From Candidatus Omnitrophota bacterium (GTDB lineage Bacteria; Omnitrophota; Gorgyraeia; 1-14-0-20-64-10), in NCBI GenBank assembly GCA_016196465.1, contig JACPXR010000043.1, forward strand, positions 1-40,607: a stretch of DNA of 40,607 nucleotides, written 5' to 3'. A model generated the notes under the pieces. The model had not been told where the DNA came from. It made no database searches and worked only from the letters and a program-made list of their open reading frames with translations. A program made the position numbers and the translations under genes. Positions 1 to 9,455 of this stretch are shown here, piece after piece (the stretch's first letter is position 1; the number at the start of each line of letters is the position of its first letter).

Positions 1-533
1 GGTGCCAGGCCAAACGGCTGGGTCTTCAAGAGAAGATCCCTCCGCCCGCCACACCCATCCGGCGAAAGAAGATTCGCTATCTTTGCGGAATCGTCGAGAG
101 AAACGGCCTTGTCCTGATCGCCCGCCGGCCCGTGTCGGGCCTTCTCGGAGGGTTGTGGGAATTTCCGGGAACGGATCAGCCCCACTCGGAGCGGCATGAG
201 CGGCAGGTCCTCGCCCGGGAGATCCGGAGGGGGCTGGGGATCAGGATTTCTCCGAAGAGCTTCCGGGCCGAGCTTCACCAAACCCTCACTCACCGGGAAC
301 TGGAGATTAGGGCCTTCGCCTGCCGCTTTCAGGGGGGGGAGCTCCGGCCTCGGAAGTACCCGGAAGCCCGCTGGGTGCCTAAGGCCGAGCTCTCCGGATT
401 TCCTTTGACGACCGGAATGCGAAGGATCGCCGAAAAGGGGGGTCTTCTAGCCCTTCCGCTCAGTCCTCGTTCCCACCTCGGCGCCGCACTGAAGGCAGGA
501 GTAGCCGTAGAGATCCCCATCGGGGAGGATTAA
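1..533 (+). CDS. mutY: A/G-specific adenine DNA glycosylase MutY, C-terminal part (5' end outside window)
   Basis: Frame 3 is open from the window edge. The translation ...AKRLGLQEKIPPP...RKKIRYLCGIVERNGLVLIARRPVSGLLGGLWEFPG... is the NUDIX-like C-terminal domain of MutY (GLWEFPG motif). Stop TAA at 531-533. Confidence 0.8.
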   Translation, partial: CQAKRLGLQEKIPPPATPIRRKKIRYLCGIVERNGLVLIARRPVSGLLGGLWEFPGTDQPHSERHERQVLAREIRRGLGIRISPKSFRAELHQTLTHRELEIRAFACRFQGGELRPRKYPEARWVPKAELSGFPLTTGMRRIAEKGGLLALPLSPRSHLGAALKAGVAVEIPIGED

Positions 534-764
534 AAGGAGCTTCTCTCGGGTCGGCATTGACCGCCGGCAGGTGGGGCAGTAGAGGTGGGTGGCGGTCAAT
601 TGCTGGAACTCAGCTTGAGGGGTTTCTTCCGAAGAATTTCCTTCCGGTTCCGGAATCCCCGCCCGCCGAAAGGCCTCCTTCCGGCAGGCCTCCGAACAGA
701 GGGGGGCGTAGGGATGGCTGCCGAAAGGGGAGAGGGCCTTTCGGCAGATGGGACAGCGGATCAT
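447..764 (-). CDS. Small double zinc-ribbon protein (first finger YacG-like), function unknown
   Basis: ATG at 764 gives MIRCPICRK... The protein has two Cys4 units (CPICRK..CSEAC and CPTCRR..CLQCG). The longest ORF (to 890) would overlap the upstream HAD gene by more than 100 nt. Confidence 0.55.
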   Translation of the reverse strand: MIRCPICRKALSPFGSHPYAPLCSEACRKEAFRRAGIPEPEGNSSEETPQAEFQQLTATHLYCPTCRRSMPTREKLLLILPDGDLYGYSCLQCGAEVGTRTERKG

Positions 765-780
765 TGAAATGTTTCTTGGC

Positions 781-1443
781 TCACCATTTCTTCTCTTTCG
801 CCAGCTGAAGGAGCTCCTTAAGACTGTCCACCGCCTTGTCGGGACCGCTCCGGCGGATCTCCTCCTCGCTTGAAAAGCCCTGCCGGACAATCACCGTGAA
901 CACCCCGGCATTTCGTCCGGCCTCCGCGTCGATCGGGCTGTCTCCGATCAAAAGGGTCTCGCCGGCCGTGAGATTGCTCTTCCCCATGAGCCAGAGGACT
1001 GTTTCCGGAGCCGGTTTCTTGGGGAGATCCGAGTCTCCGCCGATCACCTCGAAGAAAAACCTGTCCACACCAAGGAGTTCCAGAATCCGCCTGGAGTAGG
1101 GATTGGGCTTGTTGGTGATGACTGCCTGCTTTCTTTCCTTGAAATATTCAAGGAGATCGAGGGCGCCGGGGTAGAGCCGGCTGTGGTCCAGGAGGTGCTT
1201 CGCGTAATAGGGGCGGTAGACCTTCACCCCCTCCTCGATCCGTCCGGGGTCCTCCGTCTTCAGGCACGCGGCAAGAAGCTGCCGCAGGCCCAGCCCCACC
1301 GAGCGGATGACCTCCTCCCTCGGCAGGGGTGAGAACCCCATTTCCCCCAGGGTGTAATTGACCGCCTGGACGATGTCGGTCCGGGTGTCCACCAGGGTCC
1401 CGTCCAGGTCGTAGAGGATGAGGCGCTTCAGGGGTGGGGTCAT
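781..1443 (-). CDS. HAD-superfamily hydrolase, phosphoglycolate phosphatase-like
   Basis: HAD motifs are present: LYDLDGTLVDT, VITNKP and IGDSPIDAEAGRNAG. The start forms an ATGA overlap with the stop of the upstream LOG gene. Confidence 0.85.
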   Translation of the reverse strand: MTPPLKRLILYDLDGTLVDTRTDIVQAVNYTLGEMGFSPLPREEVIRSVGLGLRQLLAACLKTEDPGRIEEGVKVYRPYYAKHLLDHSRLYPGALDLLEYFKERKQAVITNKPNPYSRRILELLGVDRFFFEVIGGDSDLPKKPAPETVLWLMGKSNLTAGETLLIGDSPIDAEAGRNAGVFTVIVRQGFSSEEEIRRSGPDKAVDSLKELLQLAKEKKW

Positions 1444-2492
1444 GCATCATTCACCGCGTCGACGAGCTCCATGAGCCGGCCGTAATCCTTCCGGTTGAAC
1501 TGCAAAACGAGGCGGGTCAGGTCGTCGAGTTCTGGCTCATCCGCCTCCTCCGGAAGCGCCGAGCCCTGAGTGATCCCTCCCCAGAGGAGCAGGTCCTTGA
1601 ACCGCCGCGTGAGATTTTTGAGCTGGTCCTCGCTCAAGGGCCTGCGGAGGCGCAGGACGAGGTTCTTCCCCACCATTCGCATGGAGTGGTAGACCGAATA
1701 AAAGCGAAGGATCCGTTCCTTCGCCTCCTCGGCGGAATGGACCACCCGGTAAAGGGAACGGTCGCTGGGAGAGATCACCCCCTCCCCGACCATTCGCTTT
1801 TCAAAAAACTCGATGAGCGGCTTCCAAAACCGCCCGCGCGGGGTGTCCACGAAAACAATGGGCCTGAGATCCGATTTCCCCGTCTGCATCAGGGTCAGCG
1901 ATTCAAACCCCTCATCCAGGGTGCCGAATCCGCCGGCGAAAAGGACCGTCGCGTGGGATTCCTTGATGAAGAGGAGTTTTCTCGTGAAAAAATATTTGAA
2001 GTTGATCAGCTTCTCGTCCTTGGCGATGACGGGGTTGGCCTCCTGTTCGAAAGGGAGGCGGATGTTCAACCCGAAGCTGGCGCGGCGGCCCGCCCCTTCG
2101 TGTCCGGCCTTCATGATGCCGCTGGCCGCCCCGGTGATCACCATCCAGCCGGCCTGGACCATCTTCCGCCCGAACTCCTTCGCCATCCCGTAAGCCGGGT
2201 GCCGGCTCAAGAGGCGGGCCGACCCGAAGACCGCCACTTTCCGGACGGCCCGGTACGGGCTGAACACCTTGAAGGCGTAGCGCAGCTCCTTGACGGCGCT
2301 GTTGATCACCTTCAGGTCGAGGGTTGAGGAATGGTCCTGCGCCAGCCGGTAGCCGGAGGTCATCACCTCCGCCGCCAGTCGTTTGTCGAGGGGGTCCTCA
2401 ACGAACGACAGCCAGCGCTCGATCTGCCGGTCAACCGGCGAGCTGCCCGAGGTGTACCGGCGGCGCAGGGGTGGCCCTTTCTTCCCTTTCAC
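1440..2492 (-). CDS. LOG/TIGR00730-family protein with N- and C-terminal extensions (PpnN-like nucleotide 5'-monophosphate nucleosidase architecture)
   Basis: LOG-family motifs are present: VAVFGSAR, ITGAASGIMKAGHEGA and GGFGTLDEGFE. GTG at 2492-2490 overlaps the purC stop (GTGA). The longest ORF reaches 2561 but would overlap purC by 73 nt, so the start is uncertain. Confidence 0.75.
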   Translation of the reverse strand: MKGKKGPPLRRRYTSGSSPVDRQIERWLSFVEDPLDKRLAAEVMTSGYRLAQDHSSTLDLKVINSAVKELRYAFKVFSPYRAVRKVAVFGSARLLSRHPAYGMAKEFGRKMVQAGWMVITGAASGIMKAGHEGAGRRASFGLNIRLPFEQEANPVIAKDEKLINFKYFFTRKLLFIKESHATVLFAGGFGTLDEGFESLTLMQTGKSDLRPIVFVDTPRGRFWKPLIEFFEKRMVGEGVISPSDRSLYRVVHSAEEAKERILRFYSVYHSMRMVGKNLVLRLRRPLSEDQLKNLTRRFKDLLLWGGITQGSALPEEADEPELDDLTRLVLQFNRKDYGRLMELVDAVNDA

Positions 2493-3436
2493 GACCCGGA
2501 AAGAATCTGGGGCAAGGTCTTGCCGGTGAGCTCCGCGAGCGCCCTCATATACTTTTGACACGTCTTCTCAACGATCTCATCGGGCAAGGGAGGCCCGGGC
2601 GGGGCCTTGTCCCACGGGAGACTCTCCAGGTAATCCCGGACAAACTGCTTGTCGAAGCTTGCCTGAGGCCTGCCGGGAGCGTATCCCTCGACCGGCCAGA
2701 ACCGGGAGGAGTCCGGGGTGAGGAGCTCATCGATGAGGATCGGCTTGCCGTTTGAAAGGCCGAACTCGAATTTGGTGTCGGCAATGAGAATGCCGCGCGA
2801 CCGGGCATACTCCTGGGCCATCGCGTAGATGGAGATGCTTGTCGCTTCAAGCTTCTTTGCCAGGGACTCCCCCACGCGAGGAGCCATCTCCTCCCGGGTG
2901 ATGTTGACGTCGTGGCCGGTCTCCTCCTTGGTCGCCGGGGTGAAGATCGGCTCCTCAAGCTCCTGCGACTCCTTGAGATTCGGCGGAAACCTCACCCCGC
3001 AGACCGCCTGGGATTTCCGGTACTCCTTCCACCCCGAACCGGAGAGATAGCCCCGGACGACGCATTCCATGGGAACCACCTCTGCTTTTTCCACGAGCAT
3101 CGACCGGCCGGCCAAAAGCGAACGGTGTGCTTGAAGGGCTGGATGCCGCCGGCAGATTGAGCCGATCTCAGCCGACACCAAATGGGAGGGGGTGATCGAT
3201 TTCACCTTCTCAAACCAGAAGGCGGACAGCTGGGTCAAGACGGCCCCCTTCTCCGGGATCCCTGTCGGCAGGACGACGTCAAACGCCGAGATCCGGTCCG
3301 TGGCCACAATGAGGAGGTGCTCCCCCAGGTCATAGAGATCCCGGACCTTGCCCCGCTTGAAAAGCGGAATCCCCGGAAGTTTCGTTTCCAACACGGCCTG
3401 CCCAAACACGTGAAAGCGGCCCCCCTTTTGGTTCAT
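2489..3436 (-). CDS. purC: Phosphoribosylaminoimidazole-succinocarboxamide (SAICAR) synthase
   Basis: Characteristic motifs: [24 protein letters not shown] and [10 protein letters not shown]. The start forms an ATGA overlap with the glgP stop. Confidence 0.92.
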   Translation of the reverse strand: MNQKGGRFHVFGQAVLETKLPGIPLFKRGKVRDLYDLGEHLLIVATDRISAFDVVLPTGIPEKGAVLTQLSAFWFEKVKSITPSHLVSAEIGSICRRHPALQAHRSLLAGRSMLVEKAEVVPMECVVRGYLSGSGWKEYRKSQAVCGVRFPPNLKESQELEEPIFTPATKEETGHDVNITREEMAPRVGESLAKKLEATSISIYAMAQEYARSRGILIADTKFEFGLSNGKPILIDELLTPDSSRFWPVEGYAPGRPQASFDKQFVRDYLESLPWDKAPPGPPLPDEIVEKTCQKYMRALAELTGKTLPQILSGS

Positions 3437-5127
3437 TGTATACGAAAATAGGCGTTCAAGACGTACTGCTGAACCATCCGCTGGGTATTGAAGCAGGAGC
3501 CGTTGAAGGCGATCGCGTGAACCATCACCCGGATGAAAGATTCCCTCTGCCGGTAAAAAAGAGGCAGGATCACCTTCTCCAGCTTGTCGTAAAGGCTCGC
3601 CGCGTCGGAAGCGGCCCTCTCTTCCGGGGGAAGCTCCTTCTCCTCTCCGATCGACCAGCCGGTCACCCCCTCAATGTGCCCCTCCATCCACCAGCCGTCC
3701 AGCGTGCTCAAAGAGGGGACACCGTTCAAGGCCGCCTTCATGCCGCTGGTGCCGGAGGCCTCGAGCGGGGGCTGAGGGGTGTTGAGCCACAGATCCACCC
3801 CGGCGGTCATCCGTTTGGCCAGCTCCATGTCGTAATTCTCCAGGTAGCACATGGGGACCGCCCCTTGGAGCTCCTTCCCGGCCCGGACGATCCTCTGAAT
3901 CAGCTCCTTTCCCATCTGATCGTTGGGATGGGCCTTGCCCGCGAAGAGGAGCTGAATCGGACCCGCCCGGGAGGCGATGGCTTTAAGCCGGTTCGGCTCC
4001 CGAAAGAGAAGATCCCCCCGCTTGTAGCCGGCAGCCCGGCGGGCGAACCCGATCGTGAAATGATCTTCCTTCATCTGACAAGCCCCCTTCTGGCGGACAA
4101 ACCCCAACAGCTCCCTCTTGCACTCCAGGTGGGCCTTCCAGACCTCCTCAACGGGCAGGTTCAGGGCCACCCGCAAACAGAGGTTGTCCTGCTTCCATCC
4201 GGGGACGTGGCGGTCGAACAGCTTCTGAAAAGGAGCCGCGGTCCAGGTGAGGGCATGGACGCCGTTGGTGATCGCCTCGATGGCATGCGTGGAGAAGATC
4301 CGCCTGGAAGTCTCCCCGTGCCTCATGGAGACGCCGTTGACATAGCGGCTTAAGTTCAAGGCCAGACGGGTGAGGTTGAGGTTCCCGTTGGACAGGAGGA
4401 CCTCCGGCATGGTCTTGAATTCCGGGTGGCCCAGCACCTTCACGGCCAGGTCCACCGGAAACTCATCGTGCCCGGCCGGAAGAGGGGTGTGGGTGGTGAA
4501 GACGCACAACTTACGGACCGCCTCGATCTCCTCTGGGCCGAAGGCCCAGCGCTCCCCCCGGACGGCCCGCTCCTCCAAAAGGGCCAGGGTGAGGAGACTG
4601 GCGTGTCCCTCGTTCATGTGAAAACGGAGAATCCGTTCGCAGCCCAGGGCCCGGAGAATTCTCACCCCCCCGATCCCCAACACCGCTTCCTGGCAGAGGC
4701 GGTAGCGGCTGTCCCCTCCGTAGAGGAAATCGGTGAGGGTTTGGTCCTGCTCGGAGTTCTCCGGAAGGTCGGTGTCCAGAAGATAGACCGGAACGACGAA
4801 ACCGCTCGCGCCGCGGACCTCATACCTCCAGGCCCTGACCTGGACGGCCCGCCCCTCCACATTCACGTCTACCCGCTGCGGCATCTCCTTGAGGAACGAC
4901 TCGACCTTCCATTGGACCGGCTCCTCGGTCTGCCAGCCCTCGGCGTCGAGCTTCTGGGAGAAGTACCCCTTGCGGTGGAGGAGGGAGACAGCCACCATGG
5001 GCACCTGAAGGTCGGCGGCCGAGCGGACGGTGTCTCCAGCCAAGACCCCCAGGCCGCCGCTGTAGGTCGGCATCTGGGGCTCCAGGGCAATTTCCATGGA
5101 GAAGTAGGCGACGGTCCGTTCTTTCAT
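3433..5127 (-). CDS. glgP: Alpha-glucan (glycogen/maltodextrin) phosphorylase, short GT35 type
   Basis: The N-terminus AYFSMEIAL...[11 protein letters not shown] and the PLP-lysine motif [14 protein letters not shown] match this family. Confidence 0.9.
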   Translation of the reverse strand: MKERTVAYFSMEIALEPQMPTYSGGLGVLAGDTVRSAADLQVPMVAVSLLHRKGYFSQKLDAEGWQTEEPVQWKVESFLKEMPQRVDVNVEGRAVQVRAWRYEVRGASGFVVPVYLLDTDLPENSEQDQTLTDFLYGGDSRYRLCQEAVLGIGGVRILRALGCERILRFHMNEGHASLLTLALLEERAVRGERWAFGPEEIEAVRKLCVFTTHTPLPAGHDEFPVDLAVKVLGHPEFKTMPEVLLSNGNLNLTRLALNLSRYVNGVSMRHGETSRRIFSTHAIEAITNGVHALTWTAAPFQKLFDRHVPGWKQDNLCLRVALNLPVEEVWKAHLECKRELLGFVRQKGACQMKEDHFTIGFARRAAGYKRGDLLFREPNRLKAIASRAGPIQLLFAGKAHPNDQMGKELIQRIVRAGKELQGAVPMCYLENYDMELAKRMTAGVDLWLNTPQPPLEASGTSGMKAALNGVPSLSTLDGWWMEGHIEGVTGWSIGEEKELPPEERAASDAASLYDKLEKVILPLFYRQRESFIRVMVHAIAFNGSCFNTQRMVQQYVLNAYFRIQ

Positions 5128-5163
5128 GTGGTAAGAGTTCTATTGTACTAGAATATCGTTAAG

Positions 5164-5874
5164 ATGCGACTCTGCGGAAAGCGCCCCGTGGCGGAACGGC
5201 TTCGATGCTCCCCCAAAACGATCCGGGCCCTGGTCCTTGAGAAAGGAACCGATAACCCCGAGGTGGTCCATGCGGCCAAGCAAGCGGGGGTGCCCTGGAC
5301 CGTGCTCAAGCGGGATGAATTCTCCAGGAAGGCGGGGACCCTTCACGCTCAGGGGGTGCTGGCCGAAGTGGAGCCGTACCGGACGGTTCTCCTGGAAAAT
5401 CTCCTCTCGGCGAGGGACAAAGGGCTTTCCTTTTTTCTTCTCGACCGGGTGACCGATCCTCAGAACCTGGGAAACATCCTGCGAAACATCGCCTGTCTGG
5501 GGCGCTCGGCGGTCATTCTTCCAAGGCACGACTCCGCCGAGGTCAACGAAACGGTCCTTCGGGTCGCCTGCGGCGGGGAAAACCACGTCCCTGTGGTCTG
5601 CGTGACAAACCTCATCCAGGCCTGCGAGCTTCTCAAGCGCTCCGGCTACTGGATCGCCGGAGCGGTGACGGAGGGGGGAGTCCTCCTTCATGAGGTGAAG
5701 CTTCCGGCGCCCCTGGCGGTCGTCTTTGGATCGGAGGGGGGCGGCATCCGTCCGGGCCTCATGAAGCACCTCGAGCTCACCTTCACCCTCCCCATGCCGG
5801 GGGCGAAACTCTCTTACAACGTGGCAACGGCCGCGGCGTTGACCGCCTATGAGATCTTACGACAGAAAACTTAA
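5164..5874 (+). CDS. rlmB: TrmH/SpoU-family 23S rRNA (guanosine-2'-O)-methyltransferase, RlmB-like
   Basis: SpoU-family motifs are present: LLDRVTDPQNLGNILR, VVFGSEGGGIR and LSYNVATAAAL. Confidence 0.85.
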   Translation: MRLCGKRPVAERLRCSPKTIRALVLEKGTDNPEVVHAAKQAGVPWTVLKRDEFSRKAGTLHAQGVLAEVEPYRTVLLENLLSARDKGLSFFLLDRVTDPQNLGNILRNIACLGRSAVILPRHDSAEVNETVLRVACGGENHVPVVCVTNLIQACELLKRSGYWIAGAVTEGGVLLHEVKLPAPLAVVFGSEGGGIRPGLMKHLELTFTLPMPGAKLSYNVATAAALTAYEILRQKT

Positions 5875-6439
5875 ACCCCTCCTCAACCTCATGGCTGAGG
5901 CCGGGATCTTAAAGCAGGTCCGGCGCAGCGGTTGGTGGATGATCGGGATCAAAAACGGCGAGTCGGTCGCCGAACATTCCTTCCGGACGGCCCTCCTGGG
6001 TTATCTCCTGGCGAGGCTGGAGCGAGCGGACCCCTACCCCGTCGTCATGATGTCTCTTTTAAACGACCTCCATGAGGCGAGGATCAACGACCTCCACAAG
6101 GTGGGGCATCGCTACATCGATTTCCGGGCGGCGGAGCGGAAAGCGGCGCTGGAGCAGACCGGGCAGCTTCCCCCTCCGATCCAGAAGGAGCTTCTGGGCT
6201 TCAGCCGGGAGCTCTCCAGGCAGCGCTCCGAGGCCAGCCGGATCGCCCGGGACGCGGATCTTCTCGAGTGCATGATTCAGGGCAAGGAATATTTCGACCA
6301 GGGACGCCCCAGGGCGATCGACTGGATGAAGCGCCCCAGGCGCCTTTTGAAGACGAAGAGCGCCAAGGCCCTGGCCCGGGAGCTTGCCAGATGGAGGAGC
6401 GACGGCTGGTGGCAGAAGCTCGTGACCTTGGAGCGTTAA
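5849..6439 (+). CDS. HD-domain hydrolase (YfbR-like 5'-nucleotidase family)
   Basis: Motifs RSGWW...ESVAEHSF...LLNDLHEARINDL fit this family. An alternative start at 5891 exists. The call at 5849 overlaps the rlmB end by 26 nt. Confidence 0.75.
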   Translation: MRSYDRKLKPLLNLMAEAGILKQVRRSGWWMIGIKNGESVAEHSFRTALLGYLLARLERADPYPVVMMSLLNDLHEARINDLHKVGHRYIDFRAAERKAALEQTGQLPPPIQKELLGFSRELSRQRSEASRIARDADLLECMIQGKEYFDQGRPRAIDWMKRPRRLLKTKSAKALARELARWRSDGWWQKLVTLER

Positions 6440-7368
6440 TTGAGGGTGTGATAGGTCAGTGAGGCAAGGCGGGCGATGAATTTCTTTGAAGGGGCGCTGG
6501 GGCCTTTGCGCTGGGTCAGAACGCAGATGAGGAAGTTTCCCCCTTTCGTGTAGACGATCCCGGCATCGTGGCAGACCCCCCGCTCGAGGCCTGTCTTGTG
6601 GGCGACCACCGTGCCGGGGGGGAGCTGTTTCGGGATCCTGTCCCGGATCTCCTGGGCCGCCAGAAGCAAGAGGCACTTTTCCGAGACAGCCGGGGAGACT
6701 CCTTCTCTCCGGTAGATCTGCCTCAAAGAGCTCGCCATGTCCTGGGCGGTCGTGTAATTCTCGATTCCCTGTCCGCGCTTCCGGAAATCCATCATCTTGC
6801 GGGAGAGGTTGGTTTTGGCAAGCCCCCTTTCCTTGAAGGAGCGGTTGAAACTCTCCATGCCCAGATGATCCATGAGGAGGTTGGCGGCGATGTTGTCGCT
6901 GCGGGTGATCATCCACTCGATCAGCTGATCTACCCTCAGCACCGAACCGGAGGGCATCCCTTTCAAGACCCCAGAGCCCGACACCCACTGGGAGGCCCGG
7001 TAGGTGAGGGTGTCGGAAAGATCGATCCTCCCCCCCTCGACCGCCTCCAGGCAGGCGACCATCATCGGAATCTTCACGACACTCGCCGCTCGGAAACGCC
7101 GGTCGGCCTGATGAGCGATGCTCCAGCCGGTCTGAAGGTCCTCGATCCAGAGGCCGGCCTGTCCCGGAAAGCGCCTGACCTCGCTGCCCAAGGCCCGTCT
7201 TAAGCTTTCCCAGGAAGCCCGGCGCCTCTCAAGGAGGAGGCGCGCCTCCCGGTTCTTTTGAATCCGCCGGTGAATCTGATGGGAGAACGCGACACTCGAG
7301 CCGACCAGGCAGGAGAGGATGAGGGCTAAAACAATTCCCTTGTTTCTCTTCGGGCTGACAAGAGGCAT
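6436..7368 (-). CDS. Class A beta-lactamase-related serine hydrolase, secreted
   Basis: There is an N-terminal signal/anchor (KGIVLALILSCLVGSSVAFS). The three class A motifs are present: SxxK (ASVVK), SDN (RSDNIAAN) and KTG (HKTGL). Confidence 0.8.
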   Translation of the reverse strand: MPLVSPKRNKGIVLALILSCLVGSSVAFSHQIHRRIQKNREARLLLERRRASWESLRRALGSEVRRFPGQAGLWIEDLQTGWSIAHQADRRFRAASVVKIPMMVACLEAVEGGRIDLSDTLTYRASQWVSGSGVLKGMPSGSVLRVDQLIEWMITRSDNIAANLLMDHLGMESFNRSFKERGLAKTNLSRKMMDFRKRGQGIENYTTAQDMASSLRQIYRREGVSPAVSEKCLLLLAAQEIRDRIPKQLPPGTVVAHKTGLERGVCHDAGIVYTKGGNFLICVLTQRKGPSAPSKKFIARLASLTYHTLN

Positions 7369-9301
7369 TTTTCCAGAAGAATCCTTGGCCGTATGGAACC
7401 CCCAGAGATTTTAGCACTTCCAGGTCCTCCGCGGTCTCCACTCCTTCGGCGACCACCTCGGCCCCCAGACCCTGGGTCAGCTTCAGGAGCCGCTCCAGGG
7501 ACCTCAGGCGGGAGTGGGAATGGGTGAGCCCGTTGACGCAGCGCTTGTCGATCTTGATCAACTCCGGTTCCAGGAGGATCAGGCTCTCCAGGCAGCTGCT
7601 GCCGAATCCCACATCGTCAATGGCGATGAGGATGCCGGAGCGCTTCAGCGCCTTGATCGGCTCGACGAGGTGGGAGGGATCCCCGAGGATCTGCTGTTCG
7701 CTCACCTCGATGCAGTAAATTCCTCTGGAGGCGTCGGCGGGCAGCTCCTCCAGAAGGATCCAGATCGGGATGTTGAGGATCGTCGATGGAAAAAGGTTTA
7801 GATGTTTTCGAAGGTGACCCGGCAAAGAGGCCGCGGCGGCGAAACAGGTCTTGAAGCACTGGTGATCCACGAGGGTCAGCATATTCGCTTCAAAAGAGAC
7901 CCGGAAGAAGTCGTCCGGCATCTCGAACCCCTCGATCGAGGACCGGCTGAGGAGCTCGTAGCCCACCGGCTCCTCGGTTTCGAGCCGGAAAATCGGCTGG
8001 GCCACGGCGTGGAAGCAGTCCCCCTGGCGAAGCCGCCCCAGGACATCCCCCTTCCCCGCCTCGATCTGCCCGCGGGAGGTCTCGCCCTTGAGGTTGTAAG
8101 AAACACGGTTTTTCCCGCTCTGCTTGCTGCGGTAAAGCATGGAATGGGCCTGGGAGAGAAGCGCGTCGGTCGAAAGCTCCCCGTGAGGGATTTCGACCAG
8201 GCCCAGACTGGCCGTCACCTTGACCAATCCGGAGGAAAGGGTGATCGGGGTCTCTGAAATGGACAGGCGGATCTTCTCGGCCACCCGGATCCCCTCGTCA
8301 AGACGGGTCTGCGGGAGGAGGACCATGAACTCGTCTCCCCCGATCCTGGCGACGTGATCGGTGGCCCGCAAGGCGGTCTTCAAGCGCCGGGCGGTCTCCT
8401 TGAGGATCACATCTCCCACGGCGTGGCCTAAGGTGTCGTTGAACCGCTTGAAATCATCCAGGTCGATGAGGGCCGCCGAGAGGTCCGATTCGGACCGGAT
8501 GGCCCAGTGGATCTCCCGAGAGAGGACCTGCTCCAGTCCCCGCCGGTTAAAAAGCTCCGTCAAGGGGTCCAAAAGGGCCAGGCGCCGCAGGCGGTTGTTC
8601 GCCTTGCGAAGCTCCTGGGTGACGGAAGCCAGCTGAGCGTTCGAGCGGGCGAGCTCCGTCGTCATCTTCCGCTGGGTCTCCTCATCTCGCTTGCGGTGGG
8701 TGATGTCGAGCATCGTGCCGATCATCCGAAACGGCTTTCCCCCGGGGCCATGCATGACGTAGCCCCGATCAAACACGTAAGCGTAGGTGGCGTCCGCCCT
8801 CAAATACCTGTATTCATCCGACCAGAACTGCTCCCCGCTTTCAATGAGGCCTCTGATCCCCGAGAGAACCCTTTCCTTGTCGTCCGGATGGAGGTGCTCC
8901 TCCCACCAGGCGACGTCCGGGCTGACCTCTTCCGGGGAATATCCGAAGAGAGACTGGATCCCCTCTCCCCACCAGACCCGGTTGGTCAAAAGATCCCAAT
9001 CCCATACGGCGTCGTTGGTCGCACGGGCCAGGATCTTGAAGCGCTCCGCCACGGCCTCCTCCCGCCGGTCAATCTCCCGCTCGATTTTCCGGGAGATCGG
9101 CCGGAAGACGAAGAGGGTGGCCAGGAGCTGGACAAAAAGGATCCCGGCAAAGAGCCACCGCTCGGTCAACTCGAGCTGGAAAACCTGCGCTTTTGCCTCA
9201 GGGGATAGGAAAATCAGGTAGGCAAAAACCGTGAGGGGGGTGACAAGCAGGAAAGCGACCCACCCCCGGAATTGGATCCATGGGAAGGCTGGCTTCGGCA
9301 T
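7229..9301 (-). CDS. Membrane-anchored PAS-GGDEF-EAL signalling protein (c-di-GMP turnover)
   Basis: Hydrophobic N-terminal helices are followed by a PAS-like segment (NDAVWDWDLLTNRVWW). The GGDEF motif is intact (RIGGDEFMVLL). EAL-domain motifs are present: YELLSR, DDVGFGSS, IKIDK, AEGVET and GQGFFW. The last approximately 45 codons overlap the downstream gene. Confidence 0.88.
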   Translation of the reverse strand: MPKPAFPWIQFRGWVAFLLVTPLTVFAYLIFLSPEAKAQVFQLELTERWLFAGILFVQLLATLFVFRPISRKIEREIDRREEAVAERFKILARATNDAVWDWDLLTNRVWWGEGIQSLFGYSPEEVSPDVAWWEEHLHPDDKERVLSGIRGLIESGEQFWSDEYRYLRADATYAYVFDRGYVMHGPGGKPFRMIGTMLDITHRKRDEETQRKMTTELARSNAQLASVTQELRKANNRLRRLALLDPLTELFNRRGLEQVLSREIHWAIRSESDLSAALIDLDDFKRFNDTLGHAVGDVILKETARRLKTALRATDHVARIGGDEFMVLLPQTRLDEGIRVAEKIRLSISETPITLSSGLVKVTASLGLVEIPHGELSTDALLSQAHSMLYRSKQSGKNRVSYNLKGETSRGQIEAGKGDVLGRLRQGDCFHAVAQPIFRLETEEPVGYELLSRSSIEGFEMPDDFFRVSFEANMLTLVDHQCFKTCFAAAASLPGHLRKHLNLFPSTILNIPIWILLEELPADASRGIYCIEVSEQQILGDPSHLVEPIKALKRSGILIAIDDVGFGSSCLESLILLEPELIKIDKRCVNGLTHSHSRLRSLERLLKLTQGLGAEVVAEGVETAEDLEVLKSLGVPYGQGFFWKNASCQPEEKQGNCFSPHPLLPGRLECRVLPSDSPADSKEPGGAPPP

Positions 9302-9455
9302 CGCCTGCGCTGGGGTTTAAGGAGATGTGTTGCTTCTTACAGAAGTATACCTGAAAGGCGAAGCGGTTGGGGCCTATTTGCGAATGGAAGAATCAGGATG
9401 TCGCACCGCTCCGGGGCTTCCCTCTTAAGAACCGGTGATCTCTGGACGTTCAATC

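Noticed and set aside
5138-5153. TTCTA-N6-TAGAA inverted repeat in the 36-bp divergent glgP/rlmB spacer as an operator
   Set aside because: It has only 5-bp arms in the sole AT-rich patch, so it cannot be distinguished from chance or from ordinary -10-like promoter sequence.
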